From positions 2,542,001-2,606,000 of the forward strand of contig JBHGNT010000010.1 of the NCBI GenBank assembly GCA_043228905.1: 64,000 bases of DNA. The letters are read 5' to 3'. Shown piece after piece: positions 1 to 10,569 of the stretch (the stretch's first letter is position 1; each line of letters opens with the position of its first letter). Made by a program: the position numbers and the translations under genes. Below the pieces are notes generated by a model, which worked only from the letters and a program-made list of their open reading frames with translations, ran no database searches and was not told where the DNA came from. Source of the DNA: Azolla caroliniana. Taxonomy: Eukaryota; Plantae; Polypodiophyta.

Positions 1-661
1 TAGCTAACCTTATATAGCCAAGTGTTTTCATGAACACATATGTGCCATTATGGTTGTACTTTGATCAGATCGCAATCTACAATTCACTCACTACTTGTAT
101 ACGTGAGCACTCAATTTGGCTTCAACATTCCTCCTGAGATGATGATTGCACCACGTATTCACTCCATTCAACAAAAGTTGATACATTGGAGCTCAAAAAA
201 ACTTTTTCTAGTAGGACGCATCATAGTGGCGAATCAGGTATTACTTGTAAAAACATGGTACAACCTATCATGTTTGACGATCTCAAAAGGAAGTATACAT
301 AAGATTCAACCATGGGTATGCAATTACATTTGGTCTGGTAAGGAAAATCATGCAACCTAGATCAAGGTGGTGTTGCATAAACTCACATCACCCAAGTCAA
401 GAGGAGGGATGGGTCTAATTTATCCCCTCTCACAGTTGAAAGCATTACTCATCAAATTTTTGGTGCAAAGACTCCAACCAGGGGATGACTCTCGGAAATC
501 GCTACTGATACTACACTTTGCTTACTTTAAGCCATAAATAGAGGTTGATTGGGCCCCTAAGACGGGATAGGTTCTAAACATGGATCTCAAATCAAGATTC
601 TTGAGCCAATTGGAGGACAAATTCAGTGCATCCATGTGGACGGCATGGTGTGATATAAGAC
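1..661 (+). mobile_element. Degenerate non-LTR (L1/LINE-type) retrotransposon ORF2 remnant, region downstream of RT
   Basis: Translation GRIIVANQVLL..TWY...IQPWVCNYIWSG...LTSPKSRGGMGLI resembles the post-RT part of plant LINE ORF2; it has in-frame stops and is cut off at 662 by an LTR. Confidence 0.65.
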
Positions 662-1019
662 TGTTAGAGACTGAGGCCGTTAGTGCAGAAACGAGAACAA
701 CATTATGTAATGAAGGACAACAAGTGATGGCAGAAGTAAACTAGGTTGAACAGATCAAGCAAGACAATTGAGCAAAGATCAAGATCAAAGAGACAGAATG
801 TGTGTGAGAGAGAGAGACCGAGAGACACACAAAGTAATTGTCTTATTACAAACGTTACAAATAGAAGAATAGTGATATCAACATCATCATGAACTAGGTT
901 ACAAAGTTAGTTATATACTAACTAGGCTAGGGCAACTGTCCTTTTACATATTTACATGAATGTCCCAAACCTAGTTTGTCCAAGTGGGATAGTGTGAATA
1001 TATACACCTGTATTCAACA
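662..1019 (-). repeat. 3' LTR of Copia element A
   Basis: Bounded by TGTTAGA...TTCAACA. On the minus strand it is immediately preceded by the purine run AAGGGAG (1020-1026, PPT-like) and lies downstream of the RNase H remnant. Confidence 0.7.
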
Positions 1020-1741
1020 CTCCCTTGTAATGGGCGTATACACTAAGGAGAGACTTGTAATATAAAACCAAAGATACAAGATATACAAAGAGATGTTAGG
1101 ATAGATCAGCTTATTGCCAAATCGGTACTGGTCGAAATAAACAGAGGTCGATTGTTCGAAGCTATCTTTGTTGTCCGACTCGATCAAACTAACTTCTCCT
1201 TAAGCACATCTTGTGCCGAAGTGACCAGAATTGGTCAGCTACGAGACACTTGGTCGTCCCATCTAATATATTGTTGGCCATAGAGATCTTCTTGAGGCCG
1301 AGCTTCCCCTAAGTTACATAGTCCTAGACGAAGTGATATCGAATGTCGATGTGCTTCGAGGCATTGTGATGGACCAAGTTCTTCGACAAGGTGACAACAC
1401 CCTGATTGTTGCTATAGACAACTAGAGCCGAATTGGGATCGGCTTGTCGAAACGTACACGCCAACCGATCAAGCCATAGAGGCTCTTTCACCATGTCAGA
1501 CGCAGCTATGTATTCGACTTCTGTGGTTGAAGTGGTCATGCACTCCTAAATTTTGACTTTCATGAAATTGCTAAGGTCTTGTGTGCCCACCAAGTATCTG
1601 ACTTAGCTGAGATTGTGCATGAATCTGTTGACGACTCCTACAACATGTGCTATGTCAGGCCGTTTCGCGATCATCATGTACATCAAGGAGCCGATTGGCG
1701 GTGCATACGGTACCGATTTCATATCTTCCCCCACCAAACGG

Positions 1742-2531
1742 TGTCGTGAAGAATTTCGGCCAGAGGCGGAAACCGGGAAACATTGGCTACATCGGCGGGG
1801 TGCAACATGTGTGCTCACCCTTGTACATTTAGTGTGAATAACGAGGGCGCCTTTATGGCACCGAAGAGTAGTCAAGTCGGGACAGACGATCCCATGTAAG
1901 TCGGGATTTATCCCACATTGTAATGCATCCCTCTCCTTGTTCTATAAAAGGAAGGGAGCGCCCTTTGTGAAAGGGTTGCCCATTTTGCTTTAGAGGGTAT
2001 ACCGTTAGATTTAGGGTTAGTTACATTCCTTCTTCTTCTTCTTCTTCTTGTTCTCCCCCCCCCTTCGTGTTCACTTAGGGTTTGCTTCAGCTCGTCTCCT
2101 GCGCAAGACCCCGCTCGGCGCGACAAGCCCGTGAGCTCCCCGACCAGTGGCTTGGCAGCCGACGACTACTGTAACCTACCTTGGTTCGGCTCGAAGCCGG
2201 GAATGTATTCTTCCTTTTATATATATACATTTGCGTCTGTCTTTGTATATTCGCGTCTCTGTTGGTGTCGGGTGCTTCCCCTTTCCTGCGTTTCCTGTAC
2301 ATAAGGGCGTGAGTCGGGTCGGCCTGTGTGTGTGTGTGTGTGTGCGTGTGCGTGCGTGAGTTGGTGGCAAGCGCGCGCTCCCTCTCTTTCTCTCTCTCCC
2401 TTCGGTTGCTTCCGGTGTGCTTCTAGGATGCCCCAGAAACGGTGAAGTACGACTTCCTACGCTCCGTCACTCCCTAGTCCAAGACCCCCATGGTCCTGCC
2501 TTTCTCCACGCACGCGCGTAACAACACGACA
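1742..2531 (+). repeat. 5' LTR of the gag-only element
   Basis: Direct repeat of 5621-6406 with roughly two dozen substitutions by eye; contains TATAAAA, (CTT)n and (TG)n. Confidence 0.95.
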
Positions 2532-2535
2532 TCTT

Positions 2536-2553
2536 TGGTGAACCCGACGTGAA
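2536..2553 (+). promoter_or_regulatory. Primer-binding site complementary to the 3' end of tRNA-Trp(CCA)
   Basis: TGGTGAACCCGACGTGAA, 4 nt after the LTR, is the reverse complement of the plant cytosolic tRNA-Trp 3' end (...TTCACGTCGGGTTCACCA, recalled from memory). Confidence 0.85.
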
Positions 2554-2568
2554 AGGCGGCAAGGGAGG

Positions 2569-3267
2569 ATGGAGTCGGAAGACGACGACCTCGCGGTGAT
2601 GGTGGCCGAAGTGGTGTTGGAGTCGGCACGAGTGATGATGAGGTGAGAAGCAGCGCAACAAGCGGTTTAGCGAGTGGTCGAAAGAGTCGGTCGTTTCAAT
2701 GGGGACAAAGTCCCATCTTACTTGGGAGCCTACAACGCGGATATGGAGGAGCGTGGCGTAGACGAGGCGTTGAGGCTGGAGTTCTTCTATCGGGTCGTAG
2801 TTGTCCGGATGCATGCGGAAGTAAAGGAGCTCCGTGAGGCTCATAGTTCGTGGGAGGCCTTCGAAGAGGTGCTCTTGAAGTCATACGGAGGACGGCGGAA
2901 GAGCCGGGGACGACACGACTTCGACCAGTGGGTAGCATCGGCAAAGACCCACCGAGGCGCGACTAAGGCGTTCCGAGAGTTCGAGCGACGACTTGCTTGG
3001 CTCCCGGAGCGGGAACAAGGTTTGGTGGGAACCGACAAGGTCCTATTGTTCGTCAGGTCGATCGACCGAGCGGAACGGGAGGCCATCGGGATGGAGCTCG
3101 AAGACGATGACAGAGCGAATGGGCTTACGGAGGACTGGTCAAAGGTCGGAAGGGTGTGCCAACGGCTAGACAATGAGCAAGCCGAGAAGGCTAAGAGGAA
3201 GGCGCGCGACGGCGTGCCATCACAACAGGAAGAGGCCGAACGGCAAAGGGAGAAGTACAAGGGATGA
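2569..3267 (+). pseudogene. Gag (capsid-like) of the gag-only element, with two premature stops near the N-terminus
   Basis: MESEDDDLAV...MMR*EAAQQAV*RVVERVGRFNGDKVPSYLGAY...WEAFEEVLLKSY; clearly similar to the Gag at 49261 (EGQFDGRNITKFLDAY...WLEFERAILAEF). Confidence 0.75.
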
Positions 3268-3284
3268 AGAGGAGAACGAAGACC

Positions 3285-5260
3285 GGTCCTACAGGATCCC
3301 CACACCAGTCTGGATGCCCCGGCAGTTCGGCCAACATGGCAACGTGAGACCTAGGGAGAAGGCTGGTGGCGACAGGAGAACGGGACCCGGCAATCCGGAG
3401 AAGGACAAACGGACCCGGACAAGAACCGGGCGGAGCAGACTCCCGGACGACCATTCCAGGAGGGAGTAAGAGAGCAGGCCTATGAAGAGGCCGAGGAGAC
3501 AGTACGTCGATACCACGCGAGAAGGTGCGGAGTAAACCGCCCTCTCACCATGCGGAAAACGACAACCCGAGACAGGGTCAGGAAGACAAATCGGAGGCCC
3601 AAGGAGGATCCTTCACACCGGTTCTACAGAAACCGGCGGTCGGCCTAAAGTGACGAACGGTGGCGGCGAGGGGACGAAGGCAAAGGGCTACGGATGGGCG
3701 GTCTACGGAGATCCTCACACCGATCCGGCGGTCGGCCCAAGAGCCAGCGTAAGTCCTATAGGAAAGGACGGTGGCGGCAGGTGAACGTGACCAACAGAAG
3801 CGAATGGCGAAGGCAGAGCGAAGCAGCTGTGACCTTACACGCACTGATTCTAGAGACTCCGGCAGCCAATGACAAGAGGAGGCGTGAGACCTAGAGTAAG
3901 GGACGGTGGCGGCGGCAAGGCAGGCAACCGAAGCCAGAAGGGGAGGTCCCACGAAGACACTCACACCGATCCGACGGTCGGCCCGAGTGCCAGCGTGAGT
4001 CCTATAGGGGAGATCGGTGGTGGCAGGAGAACGTGATCGGACGACAGGAGGCGACGAACGACAAGGACGTATGAGGCCGGCAAGGTGGCTACGGACCATC
4101 TCAAACCTTCCGGCGAGGTGAGTAGGCGTAAGGAAGTCTGGTCCTACGGGATCCCCACACCTAACCAGAGACTCTGGCAGTTCGGCCAACGTGGCAACAT
4201 GAGACCGAGAGAGAAGGTTGGTGGCGGCGGGACACGGGACCCGACTACGCGGAAGACACAAGGAGAGTCCGAGAGGGACTCAAACAAAAGACACCCGGAT
4301 CTCGTCAAGAAACGAAACGAAGACCAGTCCTATGGGACCCTCACACTGATCCGGAGACCCCGGCAGTTCGGCCAACGTGGCAACGTGAGACCTAGGGAGA
4401 AGGACGGTGGCGGCAGGGAACGGTACCCAACGACACGAGGTAGCGGATAGGGAACCGGTAAGACGGGGCGGACGAAGTGCGAAACCCTCACTGGCCGGTT
4501 ATGGTTTCGGAACGAGCCGGTAGGGGCAAACACAGGGAAGTGTGTTAGGCCGGAAAGGCACACCTGGGACGGAACAAGAGTCTCACAAGTGGCCATCGCG
4601 GGCCGGATCGAAGCGTGACTATGGGACGGTGTTCGGCGCGGGCGGAGCCGAACAAAGGAAGCGGAAGATGGCACAAGGGAGGTGTCGGGAACGAGGGAGG
4701 TGCCGGGAACGAGGTGACGAGTGCATAGTGGACTGCACAGGGTCGGAGTCAGGGGATGACAAGAGAGGCCGGAGGAGGATCCTCCACACTCGCTTCGTAG
4801 ATCCCAGGAGCTCCGTCGAAGTAGCGAAGACTGACACGGCAAGCCCGGGGTGACAAGCTGGTGGGGGTGAGGGGACGACGGCAAGCGGAAGACTTAGGAC
4901 CTGTTGCAGCAGCACGAAGATGGGAAGGGCCAAGTGGGCTACTACAGGGTGTTCCTCGGATGCGGAGGACACCAGTATGCGGGTGAGCGGCGATGCACGA
5001 TCTGGCCGGGAAAGGGGCCGACAAGGCGTGCAATGAACCGGAGTACGGCACAGGCAGTGCCAAACAACGGAGGAGGGTATGTGGCACACGGAGGTGCCGG
5101 AGCGGAAAGGCGAGCGCGGAGATAGGTTGCGCGGTTCGGAGGTAGCGCGTAGAAGGCCAGAAAAGGATCCTCCACACCGTTTCGGAGACCATGGCAGTTC
5201 GAGCCGACGCGGCGATGTAAAGACCATGGAGAAGGAAGGTGGCTGCAAGAGGACGAAGGC
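3285..5260 (+). repeat. Array of about 9-10 degenerate copies of an ~80-bp motif separated by variable sequence
   Basis: Motif GGATCCYCACACC..GAGAC..GGCAGTT..CGTGAGACCTAG..GGTGGCGG recurs near 3285, 3600, 3705, 3835, 3950, 4140, 4330, 4775 and 5160. Confidence 0.8.
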
Positions 5261-5620
5261 AACGCGAAACAGCATGGGACGGCAATTAGGACAACACGAA
5301 TGGTCAACGGAGGCCAAGCGGGTCACTACGGGCGTTCCTCAAGCCGAGGACATCGAGCATACGGCGGGGAGTGGGGCGTTCATACGGCCGAACAAGGGCC
5401 AGCCGAAGTATGCGTACTCGGAGATCGCGGTAGAGGACCCATCGACGGGTCGAACGAGCCTACGAGGAGGTAAGCGCGAAGGAAGAACCGAAGCTGACGG
5501 ATCAAACCGGCAGCGAGCCGGGATGCAGATTACGGAAGACCAGTTTCTCACCGGCCGAAATCTCCCACCCTTCACCGGATTTGGCACGTACCGGTGGACG
5601 TGCGGTTTGGTGGGGGCGGA

Positions 5621-6406
5621 TGTCGTGAAGAATTTCGGCCAGAGGCAGAAACCGGGAAACATTGGCTACATCGGCGGGGTGCAACATGTGTGCTCACCCT
5701 TGTACATTTAGTGTGAATAACGAGGGCGCCTTTATGGCACCGAAGAGTAGTCAAGTCGGGACAGACGATCCCATGTAAGTCGGGATTTATCCCACATTGT
5801 AACGCATCCCTCTCCTTGTTCTATAAAAGGAAGGGAGCGCCCTTTGTGAAAGGGTTGCCCATTTTGCTTTAGAGGGTATACCGTTAGATTTAGGGTTAGT
5901 TACATTCCTTCTTCTTCTTCTTCTTCTTGTTCTCCCCCCCCCTTCGTGTTCGCTTAGGGTTTGCTTCAGCTCGTCTCCTGCGCAAGACCCCGCTCAGCGC
6001 GACAAGCCCGTGAGCTCCCCGACCGGCGGCTTGGCAACCGACGACTACTGTAACCTACCTTGGTCCAGCTCGAAGCCGGGAATGTATTCTTCCTTTTATA
6101 TATATACATTTGCATCTGTCTGTGTATATCCGCGTCTCTGTTGGTGTCGGGTGCTTCCCCTTTCCTGCGTTTCCTGTACATAAGGGCGTGAGTCGGGTCG
6201 GCCTGTGTGTGTGTGTGCGCGTGTGTGTGCGTGAGTCGATGTCAAGCGCGCGCTCCCTCTCTTTCTCTCTCTCCCTTCGGTTGCTTCCGGTGTGCTCCTG
6301 GGATGCCCCGGAAATGGTGAAGTACGACTTCCTACGCTCCGTCACTCCCTAGTCCAAGACCCTCGTGGTCCCGCCTTTCTCCACGCACGCGCGTAACAAC
6401 GCGACA
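5621..6406 (+). repeat. 3' LTR of the gag-only element
   Basis: Direct repeat of 1742-2531, followed by the TSD ACGG. Confidence 0.95.
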
Positions 6407-6691
6407 ACGGGATGTCGGAGAGTCTCATTGAGATAGCCGAAGGCTAATGGGGAGCGAGGTCGAAGCAGATTTGGCCAATTGCATGTTGAAGCACTCCAGG
6501 ACACGTTTGATGTAGTCGGCTTGAGACAAAAATAATCTTCATTCCAAGTATGACCTAGGTCGAGTTGGACCTAGGTCCTTCATTGTGAACTTCAACCACA
6601 GTTGCCGAACAAGATCGACAAGCTCTCCACCATGTTGGTTGGAGAGAAAGATGTCATCCATGTACAGGATGAGGAAGATGGGTGACCCATC

Positions 6692-7369
6692 TGTTGGGAG
6701 ACAGGTCCCTCCGGATGGGAAGGGAGAAGAACAGTGTGGATGAGGAGTAGCTGGCTACGGAGAGCCGGATGGTGCAGACCCGGTATGAACCGGATGAAGA
6801 GTACCCGGCTACGGAGAGCCGGATGGTGCAGACCCGGTATGAACCGGATGAAGAGTACCCGGCTACGGAGAGCTGGATGGTGCAGACCTGGTATGAACCG
6901 GATGAAGAGACATATTAGTAAATATGTTTCTGATAGTCCATCGCGGCTACATTTGTAAATAGCCGAAAAGTCATATTAGTATAAATATGACTTAGGGCAA
7001 ACCTTTTAGAAACTGTTGTGGTTGTTGTCATTTTCTTGTTGGTGCAAGAAGAGAGAGTGTGTAACTGTGTACAGGTTGAGAGAGAGAGAGAAAGAGGTCG
7101 TTGCCTCTGTTGTAACCGCCGCCTGTGGCGAAGATCTGTGAGCACGAGGTCGGTGCCTCAGTGAACTCACGGTTGTATATTCTTACATAGTGACAGTTTG
7201 CAGCCTGTGGGCTGCCGTGGTTTTTTCCCCTAGTTTGGGGTTTTTTCCACGTAAACCTCCTGTGTATCTCCCTCTTCTTCTTGTCGAGTTTTATTTCCCG
7301 TTTTCTGTGTATGATCCTAAGCTCGGTTGTGGCCGAGCGTTGCGCATAAGGAGCGTTGAGTTCCCGTCA
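6692..7369 (+). repeat. 5' LTR of Copia element B, with three 54-bp tandem repeats in U3 (~6738-6908)
   Basis: TGTTGGGA...TCCCGTCA, followed by PBS TGGTATCAGAGC (7372-7383, tRNA-iMet). Unit CGGATGAAGAGTACCCGGCTACGGAGAGCCGGATGGTGCAGACCCGGTATGAAC. Confidence 0.9.
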
Positions 7370-7386
7370 AGTGGTATCAGAGCGAA

Positions 7387-9237
7387 ATGACACAGAAAAT
7401 GGAAGACTCGTTTGGCGGCATGTTCAAGCTCACCGGCTCCAACTATTCAGTGTGGAAGTCGAAGATGAGGGAAATGCTCGTGGTTAAAGACCTCTGGCTG
7501 CCGGTTCAGTTCGGGGACAAGAGACCGGACAAAATCGACGCCGAAATATGGGAGCTGATGCACATGAAGACAACGGCGTACATACAGTGCTTCATCGACA
7601 TGAGCTTGTACAACAACCTCAATGAGGAGAGTAAGGCTCATGAGCTCTAGGAGAAGATCGGCATAATGTTTCAAAACAAAAATGTTGTTAATCAGGTTTC
7701 GGTATTCCGAAAGCTAGTAAGACTCCGGTACCAAGATGGCTCCAGCATGGCGGAGCACATGAATGCCTTCCAGGGGCTGATACACCAGGCAACGTCATTG
7801 GAACTACCTCTCGCCAATGAGGTACTAGCGCTACTCCTGCTCGGTTCCCTCCCGGATAGCTGGGAGACGTTGGTTGTCACTTTGGGCAACACCGGGCCGG
7901 AAGGAAAGCAGTTATCCCTAGCAAGAGTAAAATCGAGCTTGCTAGATGAGGAGGCGCATCGGAAAGATAAAGATACAAGCTCCGACTCCAAAGCGCTCCT
8001 TACCGAATCAGAATGCGGAAGACATAGAAACCGTAGTCCCCAGAACCGGGAGAAGTCGGGGACACGGTCAAAGTCAAGGGGGAGGCCTACTTGCTTCTAT
8101 TGCGGCAAGCCGGGTCACTTCCAAAAGAACTGTCGACATTTCCGTAAAGACAAGGAAACCGACGGTACCGATTCGAAGCGGACCCCAGACCGGAACGGTA
8201 AAGACCGAAGGGGGCCGGACCAGAAGGGAAGGACGGCAATCGTGGCAAGTGAAGAAGAGTTGATGCTCATCATCGAGGAGTGTGAGATAAACCTTGCCGG
8301 CGACGAGATGACCTTGGTGGTAGACTCCGAAGCATCGTTCCACCTTACCCCAGACCGGAAATACTTCTCATCCTACTCAGCCGGTGACCATGGCTGTGTC
8401 CGGATGGGGAATGAAGGTACATGCCGAATTGTCGGCACAGGAGACGTGTGCCTGTCAACACCAACCGGATGCAAGTTGCTACTGAAGGATGTCTGACACG
8501 TTCCGGAGGTTCGTCTGAACCTGATATCAGCCAGTCCGCTAGATGATGAGGGCTACACGGGTAGCATCCGAAACGGTGTCATGAATTTCAGCAAAGGGAG
8601 CCTAATTGTGGCTCGGGCCCGGAAGGTAAACACACTGTACCTGATGAATGCCCAGCTATGCTCGAAAGAACTGAACGTGGCATCCGACACTGCCGGTGAG
8701 CTGTGGCACAAGAGGCTGTGTCATATGAGCGTGAAGGGGATGAAGAGGCTTGCAGACGACAACCTCATTCCAGTGAAGAACGTGCACTTAGAGAAGTGCA
8801 CTGATTGTCTGGCCGCTAAGCAGAACCGGACCTCCTTCCGACCAAGGCCACCGATGAGACGTAATGCACCACTGGAGTTTGTGCATACGGATGTGTGTCA
8901 AGTAGACACGAAGTCACATGCCGGAGCGCAGTACTTCGTGACGTTCATAGATGACCACAGCCGGAAGCTGTGGGCCACACCATTGAAGACGAAGGATTAG
9001 GTGTTATCCGTCTTCAAAGACCTCCACGCGAGAGTGGAAAGAGAAACCGGCCGGAAGCTGAAGGCGGTTCGAGCAGACAACGGAGGAGAATACCGGGGGC
9101 AGTTCGAGGAGTACTGCCGCTCAAAGGGAATCCGGCTCGAATTTACCGTGCCGAAGACGCCGGAACTAAACGAACTGGCCGAGAGGATGAACCAGACCAT
9201 AATGGAGAGGGTCCGGAATATGCTAGCGCATGCAAAA
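7387..9237 (+). pseudogene. Copia element B gag-protease-integrase, disrupted
   Basis: LTGSNYSVWK (gag), CFYCGKPGHFQKNC (zinc knuckle), VVDSEAS (protease), LWHKRLCH and HTDVC/DNGGEY/AERMNQTI (integrase). In-frame stops at 7648, 8494 and 8998; interrupted by an LTR at 9238. Confidence 0.92.
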
Positions 9238-9602
9238 TGCTGGGAGACAGGTCCCTCCGGATGGGAAGGGAGAAGAACAATACCGACGAACAAACGGTAC
9301 GAGGAGCACCCGGCTACGGAGAGCTGGATGATACAGGCCCGATATGAACCGGATGAGGAGTACCCGGCTACGGAGAGCCGGATGATGCAGGCCCGGTATG
9401 AACCGGATGAGGAGTACCCGGCTACGGAGAGCCGGGTACTCCTCATCCGGTTCATACCGGGCCTGCATCATCCGGCTCTCCGTAGCCGGGTACTCCTCAT
9501 CCGGTTCATATCGGGCCTGTATCATCCAGCTCTCCGTAGCCGGGTACTCCTCATCCGGTTCATACCGGGCCTGCACCATCCGGAGGGACCTGTCTCCCAA
9601 CA
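9238..9602. repeat. Two head-to-head Copia-B LTR 5' fragments forming a ~250-bp palindrome
   Basis: Forward LTR start TGCTGGGAGACAGG at 9238; inverted LTR start ending at 9602. Arms 9301-9423 and 9430-9552 are reverse complements with one mismatch around a 6-nt loop. Confidence 0.9.
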
Positions 9603-9612
9603 AACTCCCCCT

Positions 9613-10469
9613 TCACTCAAGCATGGGGTGTCTTACCAGTCCGATTCTCTTCCGGCATGCATCCAGCTTGTCGGGTGTCAGCACTTTGGTCAGCATATCT
9701 GACACGTTCTCGGCCGTGTGGATCTTCGTCAGTGCGAACTCCTAGTCATCTACTCTTTCCCGGATCCAGTGATACCTCCGTTGGATATGCTTCGTCCGGG
9801 AATGGTAGGCCGCATTCTTAGCAAGGTGGATAGCACTTTGACTGTCCCAATAGAGTCGGTATTCCTCTTGCTGTTTACCGAGCTCTCCGATGAAGTCCTT
9901 CATCCATAAAATTTCCTTGCCGGCTTCCACAGCCGCCATGTACTCCGCCTCCGTGGTTGACAATGCAACCGTCTTCTGCAGCCTCGATTGCCACGAAACA
10001 GCTCCCCCTACATATGTCATTAAATACCCGGATGTAGACCGGCTGGTATCCACATCAGCCGACATGTCCGAATCGGTGAAACCGTCCAGTTGAGGTTTTC
10101 CGGAGCCGAATCGGAGACACATATTTGAAGTGCCCTTCAAATACCGGAGTATCCATTTGACCGCGTTCCAGTGCTCCTTGCCGGGATTACTCATAAACCG
10201 GCTCACCACTCCGACTGCGTATCCTATGTCCGGTCGGGTACAAACCATTGCGTACATCAAGCTCCCGACAGCAGAGGCATATGGAATCTTCATCATATCC
10301 GCCTTCTCTGCTTTCGTCTTTGGGCTTTGGTTTCTGGACAGCTTGCAGTTTGCCGGAAGTGTCGATCCGACCGGTTTTGCTTCTGACATGTTGAACCGGT
10401 GAAGCACCTTTGTCACATACTTCTCCTGTGATAGCCTTAATTGCTTCACTGACCGGTCCCGAATGATGA
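9613..10469 (-). pseudogene. Copia-B family RT C-terminus and RNase H, inverted, followed by PPT
   Basis: IPYASAVGSLMYAMVCTRPDI, DSDMSADVDTSRSTSGY, LSTTEAEY, RTKHIQRRYHWIRE, then an in-frame TAG, ...SDMLTK...LE*. PPT AGGGGGAGTT at 9603-9612 abuts the LTR. Confidence 0.92.
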
Positions 10470-10569
10470 NNNNNNNNNNNNNNNNNNNNNNNNNNNNNNN
10501 NNNNNNNNNNNNNNNNNNNNNNNNNNNNNNNNNNNNNNNNNNNNNNNNNNNNNNNNNNNNNNNNNNNNN
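10470..10569. other. Assembly gap (100 N)
   Basis: Run of n. Confidence 0.99.

Larger units (their letters stand above)
1742..6406 (+). mobile_element. Complete non-autonomous gag-only LTR retrotransposon (Ty3/Gypsy-like, TR-GAG-type structure)
   Basis: Two ~790-bp LTRs (1742-2531, 5621-6406) with TGTCG...CGACA ends; 4-bp TSD ACGG (1738-1741, 6407-6410); PBS 2536-2553; PPT-like GGTGGGGGCGGA before 5621; gag-like ORF; no pol motifs seen. Confidence 0.92.
1020..6691 (-). mobile_element. Ty1/Copia element A internal remnant (RT-RNase H), interrupted at 1742-6406 and truncated by insertion at 6692
   Basis: RNase H STTEVEYIAA...SKHIDIRYHFV (1324-1539); RT DMKSVPYA..IGSLMY..RPDIAHVVGVV (1603-1741); IFLILYMDD (YxDD) near 6655-6690. 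The reading frame is restored when 1742-6410 is removed. Confidence 0.85.

Noticed and set aside
3285-5260. CRISPR-like repeat-spacer array
   Set aside because: The repeats are long, degenerate and irregularly spaced, sit inside a eukaryotic LTR element, and no cas genes are present.
3173-5754. Many overlapping 100-235 aa ORFs on both strands
   Set aside because: GC-rich repeat sequence gives stop-poor frames; no recognisable domain.
9001-9702. Integrase fused to a novel repeat domain (YEPDEEYPATES)
   Set aside because: This is read-through into the inserted LTR and palindrome, not a real protein.
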